A DNA stretch of 58,479 nucleotides from Planctomycetota bacterium (GTDB lineage: Bacteria > Planctomycetota > Planctomycetia > Pirellulales > Thermoguttaceae). The translations under genes and the position numbers were made by a program. Shown here piece after piece: positions 44,825 through 54,689 of this stretch (position 1 is the first letter of the stretch; every line of letters begins with the position of its first letter). Location of the stretch: NCBI GenBank assembly GCA_037147235.1, contig JBAWVO010000001.1, positions 1 to 58,479 of the forward strand, given 5' to 3'. Below the pieces are notes generated by a model. The model searched no databases, was not told where the DNA came from, and saw only the letters and a list, made by a program, of their open reading frames with translations.

Positions 44825-46136
44825 GATTCGATTATTATCTATCCGCAGTCTGTGTCAAAGTGTTTTTCGGATTTTCGCGGTTGTCGCCTTGGTCGGCCTT
44901 GTGGCCGACATGCGCGGCACGATTGCGACCGCGGCCGACAAGCCGGCGGTAACAACTTCACCGAGTGTAAGAGGTATTGATCCTGCGATTCGTCTTCCGA
45001 ATATCATCGGCAAGCCGGTGGTGAAATCGCCGGGCGCGATGGACGGACTGCCCAGCAGTGCTGAATTGGAGCAGATTGCCGAGGCCAAGGCAAAACTTCT
45101 CGCCCGGCCGACACCCGAGTGGATGCCGAAACCAGTACTCGAAATTCCCGAGGCTATGGCCACCGATTCGGCCGGCATGAAGGCATACAACGAGCAAGTG
45201 CCTGGCACCGACTCGAAGTTCAAGATGGTTCCCATTCCCGGCGGCTCGTTCATGATGGGCAGCCCAGCGAAAGAAAATGGGCATCAGCCGGACGAAGCCC
45301 CGCAGCACGAAGTTTCGGTCGAGCCTTTCTGGATGGAAGAGCATGAGGTCACCTGGGCCGAATATGAGTTGTGGGCATTGAACCTCGACAAGCAGCGGCG
45401 GAAGTTCAACAAAATTGAGGTCACTGATCGGGACAAGGTGATCGACACGGTTGCCGTGCCGACGAGTCCTTATCAGGAAATGTCGTTCGGCATGGGCAAG
45501 GAAGGCACGCCGGCGATATGCATGACGCAGTTCGCCGCGAAAGTCTACTGCCGCTGGCTCTCGGCCAAGACGGGCCGTTATTACCGCCTGCCGACCGAGG
45601 CCGAATGGGAATACGCCTGCCGCGCCGGAAAATCGACTGCCTATAGTTTTGGCAACGACCCCGCCAAACTCGGCGAGTATGCTTGGTATACCGAAAACAG
45701 CGACGACAAATACCATCGCGTCGCCACGAAGAAGCCCAACCCCTGGGGCTTGTACGACATGCACGGCAACGTCTCGGAATGGGTCATCGACCAGTATGCG
45801 ATCGACTTCTACGGGAAGACCGCTGGGAAGACCGCCGACAACCCGTTGGCCGCCTGTACCAAGGAGTTTGGACGCGTGGTCCGCGGCGGTTCCTGGGACG
45901 ACGACCCCGAAAAGTGCCGCTCGTCAACGCGGCGGGCCTCGGAAAAGGACTGGAAGAAGCAAGACCCGCAAATTCCCAAGAGCATCTGGTATCTGACGGA
46001 CGCCACGTTTGTCGGCTTTCGCGTCATCCGTCCGCTGCGGGCACCGACGGCCGCCGAGGCGATAAAATATGAAATCGACGAAGACCAATTAACCGCCTAC
46101 AAAGATTATGTGATGGCGCAAGCCAATAAACAGTAA
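44823..46136 (+). CDS. Formylglycine-generating-enzyme (SUMF1) domain protein, secreted
   Basis: I prefer the start MIRLLSIRSLCQSVFRIFAVVALVG. FGE blocks are FMMGSP, YRLPTEAEWEYACRAG, NPWGLYDMHGNVSEWV, RVVRGGSW and FVGFRV. Confidence 0.85.
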   Translation: MIRLLSIRSLCQSVFRIFAVVALVGLVADMRGTIATAADKPAVTTSPSVRGIDPAIRLPNIIGKPVVKSPGAMDGLPSSAELEQIAEAKAKLLARPTPEWMPKPVLEIPEAMATDSAGMKAYNEQVPGTDSKFKMVPIPGGSFMMGSPAKENGHQPDEAPQHEVSVEPFWMEEHEVTWAEYELWALNLDKQRRKFNKIEVTDRDKVIDTVAVPTSPYQEMSFGMGKEGTPAICMTQFAAKVYCRWLSAKTGRYYRLPTEAEWEYACRAGKSTAYSFGNDPAKLGEYAWYTENSDDKYHRVATKKPNPWGLYDMHGNVSEWVIDQYAIDFYGKTAGKTADNPLAACTKEFGRVVRGGSWDDDPEKCRSSTRRASEKDWKKQDPQIPKSIWYLTDATFVGFRVIRPLRAPTAAEAIKYEIDEDQLTAYKDYVMAQANKQ

Positions 46137-46210
46137 AAAATATCGGACACGGTGTCCTGCAAAAGCTACCCCAATTACCTCGTTTTTCCTCACCCCATTA
46201 GGAGCTTTCC

Positions 46211-47524
46211 ATGAGTGACACGAAACATGCCTCGCGGCGTACTTTTCTGAAAGGCACGACGGCCGTGGCCGCCGGGTTGACGCTTTCCAGCTTCGCTCGC
46301 TCGGCCCATGCGGCCGGCAGCGACAAGATCAAGGTGGCCCTCATCGGCTGCGGCGGTCGCGGCAACGGGGCCATCGACAACTGTCTCGATGCCGACCCGG
46401 CTATCCATGTGGTGGCCGTGGCCGATGCCTTCGAGGCACCGGCTACCAACGCGGCAAAGAACCTCAAGCGGCATCGGCCCGATCGCGTCGATATTTCCGC
46501 CGATCGCATCTTCATCGGGCTGGATGCCTATCAAAAGGCGATCGATTGCGGCATCGACATGGTCGTCACGGCCACTCCGCCGGGCTTCCGTCCCTTCATT
46601 TACAATGCGGCGATCAAGGCCGGCAAGCACGTCTTCATGGAGAAGCCCTGCTGCGTCGATGCTCCGGGCTTCAATCTGCTCATGGAAACCAACAAGCTGG
46701 CCGAAGAGAAGGGCCTCAAGGTTGGCGTCGGTTTCCAACGCCGCCATACGCCCCAGTTCATCGAGACCATCGAAAAAATCCATGACGGTGCGCTCGGCAA
46801 GCTCATTCTCCTTCAGGCCTACTGGAACGGCGACGGCATTTGGAATCGGCCGCGTCGCGAAGGCATGACCGAGTTGCAGTACCAGGTCAACAACTGGTAT
46901 CACTTCTGCTGGCTCTGCGGCGACAATATCTGCGAGCAGCACATCCATAATCTCGACGTCTGCAACTGGGCCATGGACGATCATCCCGTCGAGGCCAACG
47001 GCATGGGCGGATGCAGCCGCCGCTACAACGGCGACAAGAAGGGCACGGGCCAGATATTCGACCACCACTTCATTGAGTTCACCTACAAGAGTGGTGCCAA
47101 GCTCTACAGCCAGTGCCGCCACATTCCCAATACCTGGGGCCGCGAAGGGCAGCAGGTTTTCGGGACGGAAGGCAATTCCAGCGTGCCCGGCGGCATCAAC
47201 AAGGCCGGCAAGAGCAAGGAAAATCGCAAAGCCCGCAAGAGCCTCTTCGGCGACTCGATGGTCCAGGAACACCATGACCTGATCAGCGCCATTAAGAACA
47301 ACGAAAAGTACGTCGAAGGCTGGCATGGCGCCACCAGCAGCATGACGGCCGTGCTGGGTCGCATGGCAACCTACTCGGGCCAAGTCGTCCGCTGGGATGA
47401 CGCCGTGGCCAAGGGTACGTCGGAGTTCCCCAAGCAACTCGCCTGGGACGCTCCCGCCCCCGTAAAGAAAGACGCCGACGGCAACTACCCGATCCCAATG
47501 CCTGGCATTTATAGGGCATACTAA
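46211..47524 (+). CDS. Gfo/Idh/MocA family oxidoreductase with a twin-arginine signal
   Basis: The Tat motif is SRRTFLKGTTAVAAGLTLSSFARSAHA. The Rossmann block is KVALIGCGGRGNGA, and EKP is present (HVFMEKPC). Confidence 0.9.
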   Translation: MSDTKHASRRTFLKGTTAVAAGLTLSSFARSAHAAGSDKIKVALIGCGGRGNGAIDNCLDADPAIHVVAVADAFEAPATNAAKNLKRHRPDRVDISADRIFIGLDAYQKAIDCGIDMVVTATPPGFRPFIYNAAIKAGKHVFMEKPCCVDAPGFNLLMETNKLAEEKGLKVGVGFQRRHTPQFIETIEKIHDGALGKLILLQAYWNGDGIWNRPRREGMTELQYQVNNWYHFCWLCGDNICEQHIHNLDVCNWAMDDHPVEANGMGGCSRRYNGDKKGTGQIFDHHFIEFTYKSGAKLYSQCRHIPNTWGREGQQVFGTEGNSSVPGGINKAGKSKENRKARKSLFGDSMVQEHHDLISAIKNNEKYVEGWHGATSSMTAVLGRMATYSGQVVRWDDAVAKGTSEFPKQLAWDAPAPVKKDADGNYPIPMPGIYRAY

Positions 47525-47601
47525 CAAACACCCGCCAAGATGCTAGAACTCTTGCACACCAGGCTTTCCAGCCTGACCGTGCTAGCATATTAACGCAAAC
47601 C

Positions 47602-49080
47602 ATGCACCTCTTGGACGAAACCATCGTCGCGATCGCCTCTCCGCCAGGCGGCGCGGCGATGGGGATCGTGCGGCTAAGCGGTCCGGATCTGAGAAGCTGC
47701 CTCGAAGGCTGCTTCCGGCCGGACCCCTTCGTTCATCTACCCTCGCTCACGCAACCAACAGCCGTGCCCGGCTGTCTTTGGCTTGCCGGTTTTGCATCTC
47801 CGCTGCCATGCACACTCTACCTCTGGCCCGGCAAACGAAGCTACACGGGCCAACCGGTGGCCGAGGTTCACACCTTCGGTTCGCCACCGTTGCTGGAAGC
47901 CGTCGTGCGGGCTGCCTGCTCCGGCGGCGCGCGGCCTGCCGAACCGGGTGAGTTTACGCTCCGCGCATTCCTCGCCGGACGTATCGACCTGACTCAGGCC
48001 GAGGCGGTGTTGGGAGTGATCGATGCCACCGGTTCCGCGGAACTCGACGCCGCGCTCAAGCAGCTTGCCGGCGGGCTGGCCGGTCCGTTGAGGCTGCTGC
48101 GCGACGATCTGTTGGAACTGCTGGCCCACCTGGAGGCCGGATTTGACTTTGCCGACGAGGATCTGCCGTTCATCACCTCCGAGGAACTTCTGCGGCAACT
48201 TGACGCAGCCACCGCCCAGGTCGATCAACTCGTTAAGAGGCTTGCCCTCCGAAGTGAAGCCGCCGTGCGGGTCCGCGTGGCGTTGGTCGGGCGACCGAAT
48301 ACCGGCAAGAGCAGTCTCTTCAACGCGATGGCCGGTCATACCGGGGCCATGGTCTCCGATCAGCCCGGCACAACCCGCGATTATCTCACGGCCGATCTGG
48401 ACCTTGATGGCCTGAAATGCCAGTTGATCGACACGGCCGGCATTGAGGACCGCCTGCTGGAAAGCGATGCCGCGACGGTCGAGGGTGCCGCGCAGGATAT
48501 GTCGCACGAGCAACTCCGTACGGCCCACATCCGGGTGCTGTGTCTCGAAGCCGGAAGGGAACTCGACGCATGGGAGCGGGAGACGATCCAGGATAGAATA
48601 AGTGTCGCAAGAAAAGTAGCAGGCACACTCCGTGTGCCGTCCGACCCCCGCTCGGCGAGTGGGCAAAACACGACAGTTGTTGATGCGACGATCCCTAGCG
48701 AGCCAAACCTGATCGTCGTGCTCACCAAGTGCGACCGGGGGGAATTTTCTCCCAACCACGCCGGGTCAATCTTGGAAACCAGCGCCGTCACCGGCCTTGG
48801 GATTCATAAACTCAAGGAGGCGATTCGTTCGGCCGCGGTTCGTGCGGGCGGTCCTCAGACCGACGTAGTCGTCGGCACGGCCGTACGCTGTAGCGAATCA
48901 TTGCGATTGTCCGCCGCTTCGCTCGATCATGCCCGTGAAGCTGTGCGCGGGGGTCTCGGCGAGGAACTGATCGCCATCGAGGTCCGCGTCGCCTTGAGCC
49001 AGCTTGGCAAGGTAGCCGGCGCAGTCTACACCGAAGACGTGCTGGACCGAATCTTCAGTCGCTTCTGCATCGGAAAATAG
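47602..49080 (+). CDS. mnmE: tRNA modification GTPase MnmE (with a ~36-aa in-frame repeat-derived insertion)
   Basis: The N-terminus is ETIVAIASPPGGAAMGIVRLSG. G1 is GRPNTGKSSLFN, G3 is DTAG and G4 is TKCD. The C-terminus is FCIGK. Confidence 0.9.
   Translation: MHLLDETIVAIASPPGGAAMGIVRLSGPDLRSCLEGCFRPDPFVHLPSLTQPTAVPGCLWLAGFASPLPCTLYLWPGKRSYTGQPVAEVHTFGSPPLLEAVVRAACSGGARPAEPGEFTLRAFLAGRIDLTQAEAVLGVIDATGSAELDAALKQLAGGLAGPLRLLRDDLLELLAHLEAGFDFADEDLPFITSEELLRQLDAATAQVDQLVKRLALRSEAAVRVRVALVGRPNTGKSSLFNAMAGHTGAMVSDQPGTTRDYLTADLDLDGLKCQLIDTAGIEDRLLESDAATVEGAAQDMSHEQLRTAHIRVLCLEAGRELDAWERETIQDRISVARKVAGTLRVPSDPRSASGQNTTVVDATIPSEPNLIVVLTKCDRGEFSPNHAGSILETSAVTGLGIHKLKEAIRSAAVRAGGPQTDVVVGTAVRCSESLRLSAASLDHAREAVRGGLGEELIAIEVRVALSQLGKVAGAVYTEDVLDRIFSRFCIGK
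48591..48699. mobile_element. MITE/RPE-like element, copy 3 (inverted relative to copies 1 and 2), inside mnmE
   Basis: gaataagtgtcgcaagaaaagtagcaggcacactccgtgtgccgtccgacccccgctcggcgagtgggcaaaacacgacagttgttgatgcgacgatccctagc aligns along its length with the reverse complement of 17269-17380. Confidence 0.7.
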
Positions 49081-49083
49081 CAC

Positions 49084-50031
49084 CTATTTCGCGTTGCTCC
49101 ACTTTTCATAAAGCGACTCGATCTGCTCGGCGGGAGTTTCGCCGTCCCAGGCAGCAATCGCGTAACTCAACTTCAATTTTGCACCGGCCTTCAACACCAG
49201 CGGCTCTTTCCAGAGATTGAGCGTCGCCGAAAGATAGGCAAACGGAGAACTCATCGTGAACATCTTGTTCGGATAGCGAGGATTCGAGGGGTGGTCGAAG
49301 ATCGCCACCGTCACCGGCTTGCCGTCAGCCTTCGCGGTATATGCGCACCACTTGGCCGCAACGAGCCGCTCACTGCCGCGGACAACCTCACCGGGCCGTT
49401 TTGCCGAATTGAAAAAACGCCCGCCGGTATCCATCGACTTCAAAAAACGCATTCCGAGGCCGTAGTAGTGATGTCCGTCGAGTTTCACGGCATCAATGCC
49501 TTCGGCGGTGGAAAGTTCCGTGTTCCACACGACCAACGTAACGGGCGTGGGCATCTTTGGCGAGACGACTCCGACTTCGCGCCGTTCGACAAGGAGCTTC
49601 TTGCCATGCGCATCAATCCAGTCGAGAGTCTGGATAAGCTTGGTGCAGGAAGCGTCAAGGAACGAACCCGTCATGTTAAGAGACGAACGAGGCTTTTGGG
49701 TTCCGGTACCTGCCTCCTCGCCCCAGAAATCAACGCCGTTCACCCCGAGGGCGAACATCAACCCATGATGATGCTTGTGGTCGGCCGGTGAATCGCGGAG
49801 AATCTGCACGCCGCTGGGCGTACTCAGTTCCCGGACATAGGGCTTCATGGGCGAGGCCGTCGTGCGATATTCCAAAACCGTGCGAGTGCCGTCACGGATC
49901 GTGAAGCTGCTCGGTTTTGTGGCGACCTGGAGTGAGGTTGGCCCCGTTGAGGCAATCTCGCCGGACCGCGCTGTCGGGCCGGCGATCAAGGCCAAGACGA
50001 TCATCGAAAACGCGCTAGATAGCATTCGCAT
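49084..50031 (-). CDS. PmoA-family (DUF6807-like) secreted protein
   Basis: The pattern MKPYVRELSTPSGVQILRDSPADHKHHHGLMFALGVNGVDFWGE matches my memory of the family. I prefer the start MRMLSSAFSMIVLALIAG. Confidence 0.6.
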   Translation of the reverse strand: MRMLSSAFSMIVLALIAGPTARSGEIASTGPTSLQVATKPSSFTIRDGTRTVLEYRTTASPMKPYVRELSTPSGVQILRDSPADHKHHHGLMFALGVNGVDFWGEEAGTGTQKPRSSLNMTGSFLDASCTKLIQTLDWIDAHGKKLLVERREVGVVSPKMPTPVTLVVWNTELSTAEGIDAVKLDGHHYYGLGMRFLKSMDTGGRFFNSAKRPGEVVRGSERLVAAKWCAYTAKADGKPVTVAIFDHPSNPRYPNKMFTMSSPFAYLSATLNLWKEPLVLKAGAKLKLSYAIAAWDGETPAEQIESLYEKWSNAK

Positions 50032-50045
50032 GGTGTTGCCTTTTT

Positions 50046-50864
50046 CTACTTGATTTGCGCCTGGATGATTGGCCATTGCTTCAAGAATGCCTCGGCCATA
50101 AGAGCGTGGCCAAGGCCGTTGGGATGGATTGGATCGCGGCCGTGGGCCTCCCGGACCTTGGGGAGCATTGCCCCACGCAGGTCAACGACCCAGACATCCT
50201 TGCGACCATTGAGCGTCAGCAGCCACTTGGCGTAGCGGGCCATGACATAATCGTAATACGGATACGGTGTCTTATAGCCGAATTTGTTCGGATCCTTCGC
50301 TGCTTCCGCTTCCGCCACGGCATCCGCCTTGGCCACGATCGCTTCCTTAGCCGCCTCGTCGCTCCCCGCGGGAAACGGGCCTGAGAAGGCATAGGGCGGT
50401 GCCGTGAGTAGAATCACGCGGGCACCGGAGGCATGCACCTTCTTGATGAATGTCTCGATGCCTGCCTGATAGGCTGCAAACCGCTTTTCACTGAAAGGAT
50501 GATAGATTCCGCAATTGATGCCATAACAGGCCACAACCCAACAAGGTTTGTTTTGCTTAAGCTCCTCGTCAAGCCGCGCAAGCACACAGGGCCGCCGCCC
50601 CGGGTGGTAGGCCTCGCTGAGGTCGGAGACCGTTTCGCTGTTGCGTCCGTGATTCACCACGCGCCATGAATTCGGCGGGGCCTGCTTTGCCAGTTCGGCC
50701 TCGATCATTCGCACATAGCCACCCGCCCGGGTGATGCTGTCGCCCAGGAAAAGGATCGTTTTGGGAGCGGCTTGCTCCACTTTCGGCTCTTCGGCTCTCG
50801 CCGACCCAATCCATCCGAAACCGATCAAAACGATCCCGACGATAATGCCCAGTCTTGCTCGCAT
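50046..50864 (-). CDS. SGNH/GDSL hydrolase family protein, secreted
   Basis: Block I is ILFLGDSITRAGG and block V is DPIHPNGLGHALMA. There is an N-terminal signal. Confidence 0.85.
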   Translation of the reverse strand: MRARLGIIVGIVLIGFGWIGSARAEEPKVEQAAPKTILFLGDSITRAGGYVRMIEAELAKQAPPNSWRVVNHGRNSETVSDLSEAYHPGRRPCVLARLDEELKQNKPCWVVACYGINCGIYHPFSEKRFAAYQAGIETFIKKVHASGARVILLTAPPYAFSGPFPAGSDEAAKEAIVAKADAVAEAEAAKDPNKFGYKTPYPYYDYVMARYAKWLLTLNGRKDVWVVDLRGAMLPKVREAHGRDPIHPNGLGHALMAEAFLKQWPIIQAQIK

Positions 50865-50887
50865 GTCTGAATACTTTCTTTTTGTGA

Positions 50888-50929
50888 AGTTAGGAGTTAG
50901 GAGTTAGGAGTTGGAAGTTAGAGGTTAAG
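50888..50929. repeat. 6 x 7-bp tandem repeat (AGTTAGG consensus) in the SGNH-gene upstream region
   Basis: agttagg agttagg agttagg agttgga agttaga ggttaag, lying 24-65 nt upstream of the minus-strand ATG at 50864. Confidence 0.85.
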
Positions 50930-50967
50930 TTTACCGTGATCGTCTCACGATTGCAAACCCCGAGCAG

Positions 50968-51022
50968 GAATTCACCGCGAAAGACCGCAAAGTGCGCAAT
51001 AGAAAGAAGGTTTGTTTCTTTG
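50968..51022. repeat. Repeat family 'REP2', copy B
   Basis: gaattcaccgcgaaagaccgcaaagtgcgcaatagaaagaaggtttgtttctttg aligns with 13292-13345, sharing ATTCACCGCGA.AGA...CAAAG.GCGCAA.AGAAAGA..TTGTT.CTTT. Confidence 0.55.
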
Positions 51023-51052
51023 TGTTCCAGCGTTCTTTTGCGGATAATCCCT

Positions 51053-51085
51053 GTGGCTCGGTCGGGAGACCTGTCACAACAATGG
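51053..51085. repeat. Repeat family 'REP3', copy Y
   Basis: tgtggctcggtcgggagacctgtcacaacaatggg resembles 30611-30640. Confidence 0.5.
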
Positions 51086-51199
51086 GCGAATCTTTTTCCT
51101 TCTGCGCGATTTGCACCACTTGCGGGAGTGTGTCCGTCCGCCTATGCTGACAGAAGAGTCGAATAGGCTAGCCCTCACATTCCCACGGAGATTCACAAA

Positions 51200-52531
51200 A
51201 TGATGAAAATTTCACCGACCTTGCTGCTCGTCCTCTTGGCTACCTCTGTTGCGCTGGCTAAAGAGCCGCAGAACACGCCGGCGAATGGCCCCAAGGGGTT
51301 CACCTGGCAATCCCCGCTTCCGGAGGATTGCCCCTTCCAGAAATCAACCAGCCTGACGGGCGTTTATTTTACCGGTCGCCACAGCAATTACCACTGCGGT
51401 GACACCTGGTATCCCTGCTGGGACAGCAATGGCAACCTTTACTCGCCTTGGACCGACGGCAGGACGGACGGAGTTGACTGTTCTTCAGACGGCGGTGCGG
51501 GTGCCAGGACCGCTCACGCCGTGATGGTCGGTGACGACCCGCTGAAACTTACGATCCACAACACCTCCCCACCAAAACAGGCAACGGCTTTGCCTTATAA
51601 GGGCCGCTATCCGGCCGGATCGCTGATCCACAACGGCATCTGGTACTATGGCACCTATTGCCTCGGGCCTGACGGCGGGTACAAGCACAACGGGGTTACC
51701 TGGAACTGGCCCAATCTCGGGCCAATGCCGGGTTTCCAGATCTCCCGTGATTATGGCAAGACTTGGGAGCCGTCTCCCCTCACGCCCGCAAAGCCGTTGT
51801 TTCCCGAGCCGCGGAAGTTTCTCGGTCCGGTCAAAATGGGCGCGCCCCATTTTGTCGATTTCGGCAAGAACATGACACAGTCCCCCGACGGCAATGCCTA
51901 CTTGCTGGGCATGGGCGCGGAAGAAAATGATCCCAAGCCGCGGCCCTGTCTCAAGCCTGGAAAGCCGGGCCAGTTGTTCGAGGTGGTCGAGGGTTGCACC
52001 AGCGACTTTGCCCATGCCAACTTGAGCTGGATCACGGCCGATCAAGTCTATATGGCGCGCGTCAAACCCTCGCCGGAGACGATCAACGACCTCAAGGCTT
52101 ATGAGTTTTTCGCCGGCCATACCCCGGACGGCAAACCGATCTGGACAAATAGCTTTGAGAAAATCAAGCCGCTGATCGAATGGAACAACCACATGGGCTG
52201 TGTCACCGCTACCTATATACCCGGTTTGAAGAAGTATCTCATGTGCGTTACTGACGGTTGGCCGACTGCCGCCAAAATGACCTCCTATATTCTTGAGGCC
52301 GATGCCATCACCGGCCCCTGGCGCATGGTGTCCTACATGAAGGACTTCGGGGAGCAAGGTTACTTCCTCAATTTTCCGAGCAAGTTCATCAGTCCCGACG
52401 GGCGGTCCCTCTGGCTCTGTTATTCCGCGAATTTCAGCCCCGGCTGGAATGGCGTGAAGCTAGGCGTCAATCCTCCCGGAGGGCGATACGGCCTATGCTT
52501 GCACGAGATCAAACTAATGACACCGGAATAG
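51200..52531 (+). CDS. Secreted BNR/Asp-box-containing beta-propeller-like protein (sialidase-superfamily-like; function unknown)
   Basis: Signal is MMKISPTLLLVLLATSVALA. SRDYGKTW is a canonical Asp-box (SxDxGxTW). GDTWYPCWDSNGNLYSPWTDG is also present. Confidence 0.65.
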   Translation: MMKISPTLLLVLLATSVALAKEPQNTPANGPKGFTWQSPLPEDCPFQKSTSLTGVYFTGRHSNYHCGDTWYPCWDSNGNLYSPWTDGRTDGVDCSSDGGAGARTAHAVMVGDDPLKLTIHNTSPPKQATALPYKGRYPAGSLIHNGIWYYGTYCLGPDGGYKHNGVTWNWPNLGPMPGFQISRDYGKTWEPSPLTPAKPLFPEPRKFLGPVKMGAPHFVDFGKNMTQSPDGNAYLLGMGAEENDPKPRPCLKPGKPGQLFEVVEGCTSDFAHANLSWITADQVYMARVKPSPETINDLKAYEFFAGHTPDGKPIWTNSFEKIKPLIEWNNHMGCVTATYIPGLKKYLMCVTDGWPTAAKMTSYILEADAITGPWRMVSYMKDFGEQGYFLNFPSKFISPDGRSLWLCYSANFSPGWNGVKLGVNPPGGRYGLCLHEIKLMTPE

Positions 52532-52544
52532 CCATAATTTCGTT

Positions 52545-54551
52545 TCACGCAACCCGCCGCACGTCCTCGAACTGAATCTGATGCAAGCGGCGATAGAGTG
52601 TGCAGCGGTCGAGCATCTCCTGATGCGTGCCGACGTCGATGATCTGTCCGGCTTGCATGGCAACGATGCGATGGGCCAGCGAGAGGATCGCCATGCGATG
52701 CGTGATGAGGATCGTCGTCCGCCCGCGGGTGAATTCCTCCAGCACTTCCTGGATCGCCTGCTCGCTTTCCAGATCAATCTGGCTGGTCGCTTCGTCGAGG
52801 ATCAGAATCGCCGGGTCGCGAAGGATCGCGCGGGCCAGGGCGATGCGCTGCCGCTGGCCGCCGGATAGCCGGCCGCCAAGCGTGCCGACCACGGTCTCGT
52901 AGCCGTCGGTCAACTCGGATTCAATAAAACGGTGGGCATGTGCTCGCTGGGCCGCTTCGATCACCTCGTCGCGGCTTGCCCGAGGACGGCTGTAACGGAT
53001 ATTATTGAACACGGTGTCGTCAAACAACAGCGGCTCTTGCGTCACCAGACCGATCTGCCCGCGAAGCTCGCGCAACCGGAGATCGGTCAAGGGTATTCCA
53101 TCCAGGCAGATTTTGCCTTCGATCGGGTCGGCAAAACGCGGGATCAAATTGGCCAGCGTCGACTTGCCGCAGCCGTTGGGACCAACGATCGCGACCGTCT
53201 CGCCGAAGGGAATTCGCAACGTCACGCCCTCCAGCACCCGCGTGCCGGAATGATATTCAAACGATACGCCCTCAAAGGATAGCTCGCACCCATGCCGCGG
53301 ACAAGAGACAGGATTTCTCGGGCTGCGGATGAGCGGCTCGCGGTCAAGGCGGGTGAAGATCCGGTCGCTGGCCGCCGCGCCGCATTGCAGCCGGCTGAAG
53401 ATGTCCGAGAACTTTCGCACCGGGTCGGCCGTGCCGAAGAGAAAACCATAGAAGAGCAAGAGCGAACTGAGGTCCAGTGGCCGCGAGGTCAAGGGGATGC
53501 CCAGCAACTGGGTTTCGCCCTTGAGTACCATCCACACCCCGGCCAACAGCGCAAGGCAAACGGTGAGGATGCCCATGAATTCGGTAATCGGGTGCGAAAG
53601 GGAATCGTAGCGGGCGATCTTCATCGACTTGCGGTAATAGTCCTTGCTGCGGAGGTGGAACCGTCTGCGCTCGTAAGGCTCGCCGGTAAAAGCCTTGACG
53701 ATCTTGATGCCGCGGAAGGTCTCTTCCAATACGCTGAAAATCTGCACCATCTGCTCCATTGCCCGGCGATTGGCCCGCTTGAGCATCTTGCTCAGCCAGC
53801 GGATGGCCAGCGCGGCCAGCGGGACGACGATCAGCGAAAGCAGCAAGAGCCGCCAGCAGACGAATGCCGCTCCTACCAGGCAGGCGATCATCTTCAGCGG
53901 CTCACGGATCAGTTTTCCAAAAACCGTTTCTAGTCCCCCACTCACGTTGGACATGTCGCCCGTGAAGCGGCTCATCAGATCCGATGAGCCTTCCTCATTG
54001 AACGTGGCCAGGTCCAAACGCAAGGTGCGGCGGTAGAAGAGCTTTCGCAGATCGAAAGTGGCCAGGTTCGATAACCGAGCCACCAGCACATTGTTGGCAA
54101 TCAGCAGGCCGCTTTTTAGGACGGTGCCGACAAGAAGGACGCCCATGAGTATAACGAGCGTCTGAAACGGGTCGTTAGGCAGGTAACGATCGAGATAGGG
54201 CATGGCCCAGACGTAAGACTCATTTGCCCGCGATTCAATTTCGCAACGTGTCCGCAGGTGGCGGAGTGCCGCTTCGAGTTTTGGCTGCTGCGGAGGCTCT
54301 GCTGCGGCAATTTGGGCCTGGATCTTTTCGATCTGCTCGCCCAGATCGCTGACCGCCTGACTGCTGCGATCGACTTCATCGGCAACCCAGTTCTGGATCG
54401 ACTTCCCTTCCAGAATAACCTTGACGAACGGATAGACCGCTCCGATATTGCCACCCCAGAGCACGGCCACGCCCAGCGCGCTGAGAACCGCACCCAGCAG
54501 GGTCAGGCGATAGCAACAGGCCATTAGGAGAACACGGCGGAAGTTTTTCAT
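52545..54551 (-). CDS. ABC exporter, fused permease/ATPase (MsbA-like)
   Basis: Walker A is GPNGCGKST, the signature is LSGGQRQRIALARA and Walker B is ILILDEATS. The N-terminal half has 6 TM helices, with a ~100-aa insertion after TM1. I prefer the ATG at 54551 (MKNFRRVLL). Confidence 0.9.
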   Translation of the reverse strand: MKNFRRVLLMACCYRLTLLGAVLSALGVAVLWGGNIGAVYPFVKVILEGKSIQNWVADEVDRSSQAVSDLGEQIEKIQAQIAAAEPPQQPKLEAALRHLRTRCEIESRANESYVWAMPYLDRYLPNDPFQTLVILMGVLLVGTVLKSGLLIANNVLVARLSNLATFDLRKLFYRRTLRLDLATFNEEGSSDLMSRFTGDMSNVSGGLETVFGKLIREPLKMIACLVGAAFVCWRLLLLSLIVVPLAALAIRWLSKMLKRANRRAMEQMVQIFSVLEETFRGIKIVKAFTGEPYERRRFHLRSKDYYRKSMKIARYDSLSHPITEFMGILTVCLALLAGVWMVLKGETQLLGIPLTSRPLDLSSLLLFYGFLFGTADPVRKFSDIFSRLQCGAAASDRIFTRLDREPLIRSPRNPVSCPRHGCELSFEGVSFEYHSGTRVLEGVTLRIPFGETVAIVGPNGCGKSTLANLIPRFADPIEGKICLDGIPLTDLRLRELRGQIGLVTQEPLLFDDTVFNNIRYSRPRASRDEVIEAAQRAHAHRFIESELTDGYETVVGTLGGRLSGGQRQRIALARAILRDPAILILDEATSQIDLESEQAIQEVLEEFTRGRTTILITHRMAILSLAHRIVAMQAGQIIDVGTHQEMLDRCTLYRRLHQIQFEDVRRVA

Positions 54552-54689
54552 AGCGGACAATCTGAGTTGGAAAGACAATCTAGCCCAGGCACTTGTGCCT
54601 GGATCTGGATGCCAAGGAATCTGTATTTCCTAGGCTTCCACAAATCACAAGTAGCTTCTTATCAAAATTAGCCCCCTGAGCCAATACCG

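Noticed and set aside
44822-44825. Overlapping divergent start codons of apbE (minus strand) and the FGE-domain gene (plus strand) within CCATGA.
   Set aside because: This is most likely a start-assignment artefact. apbE has an in-frame downstream ATG (MEKVE...) that removes the overlap.
49078-49092. Palindrome AAATAGCACCTATTT formed by the convergent stops of mnmE and the PmoA-like gene, considered as a bidirectional terminator.
   Set aside because: The stem is only 6 bp and AT-rich, with no flanking T-tracts. It arises trivially from the two facing stop codons.
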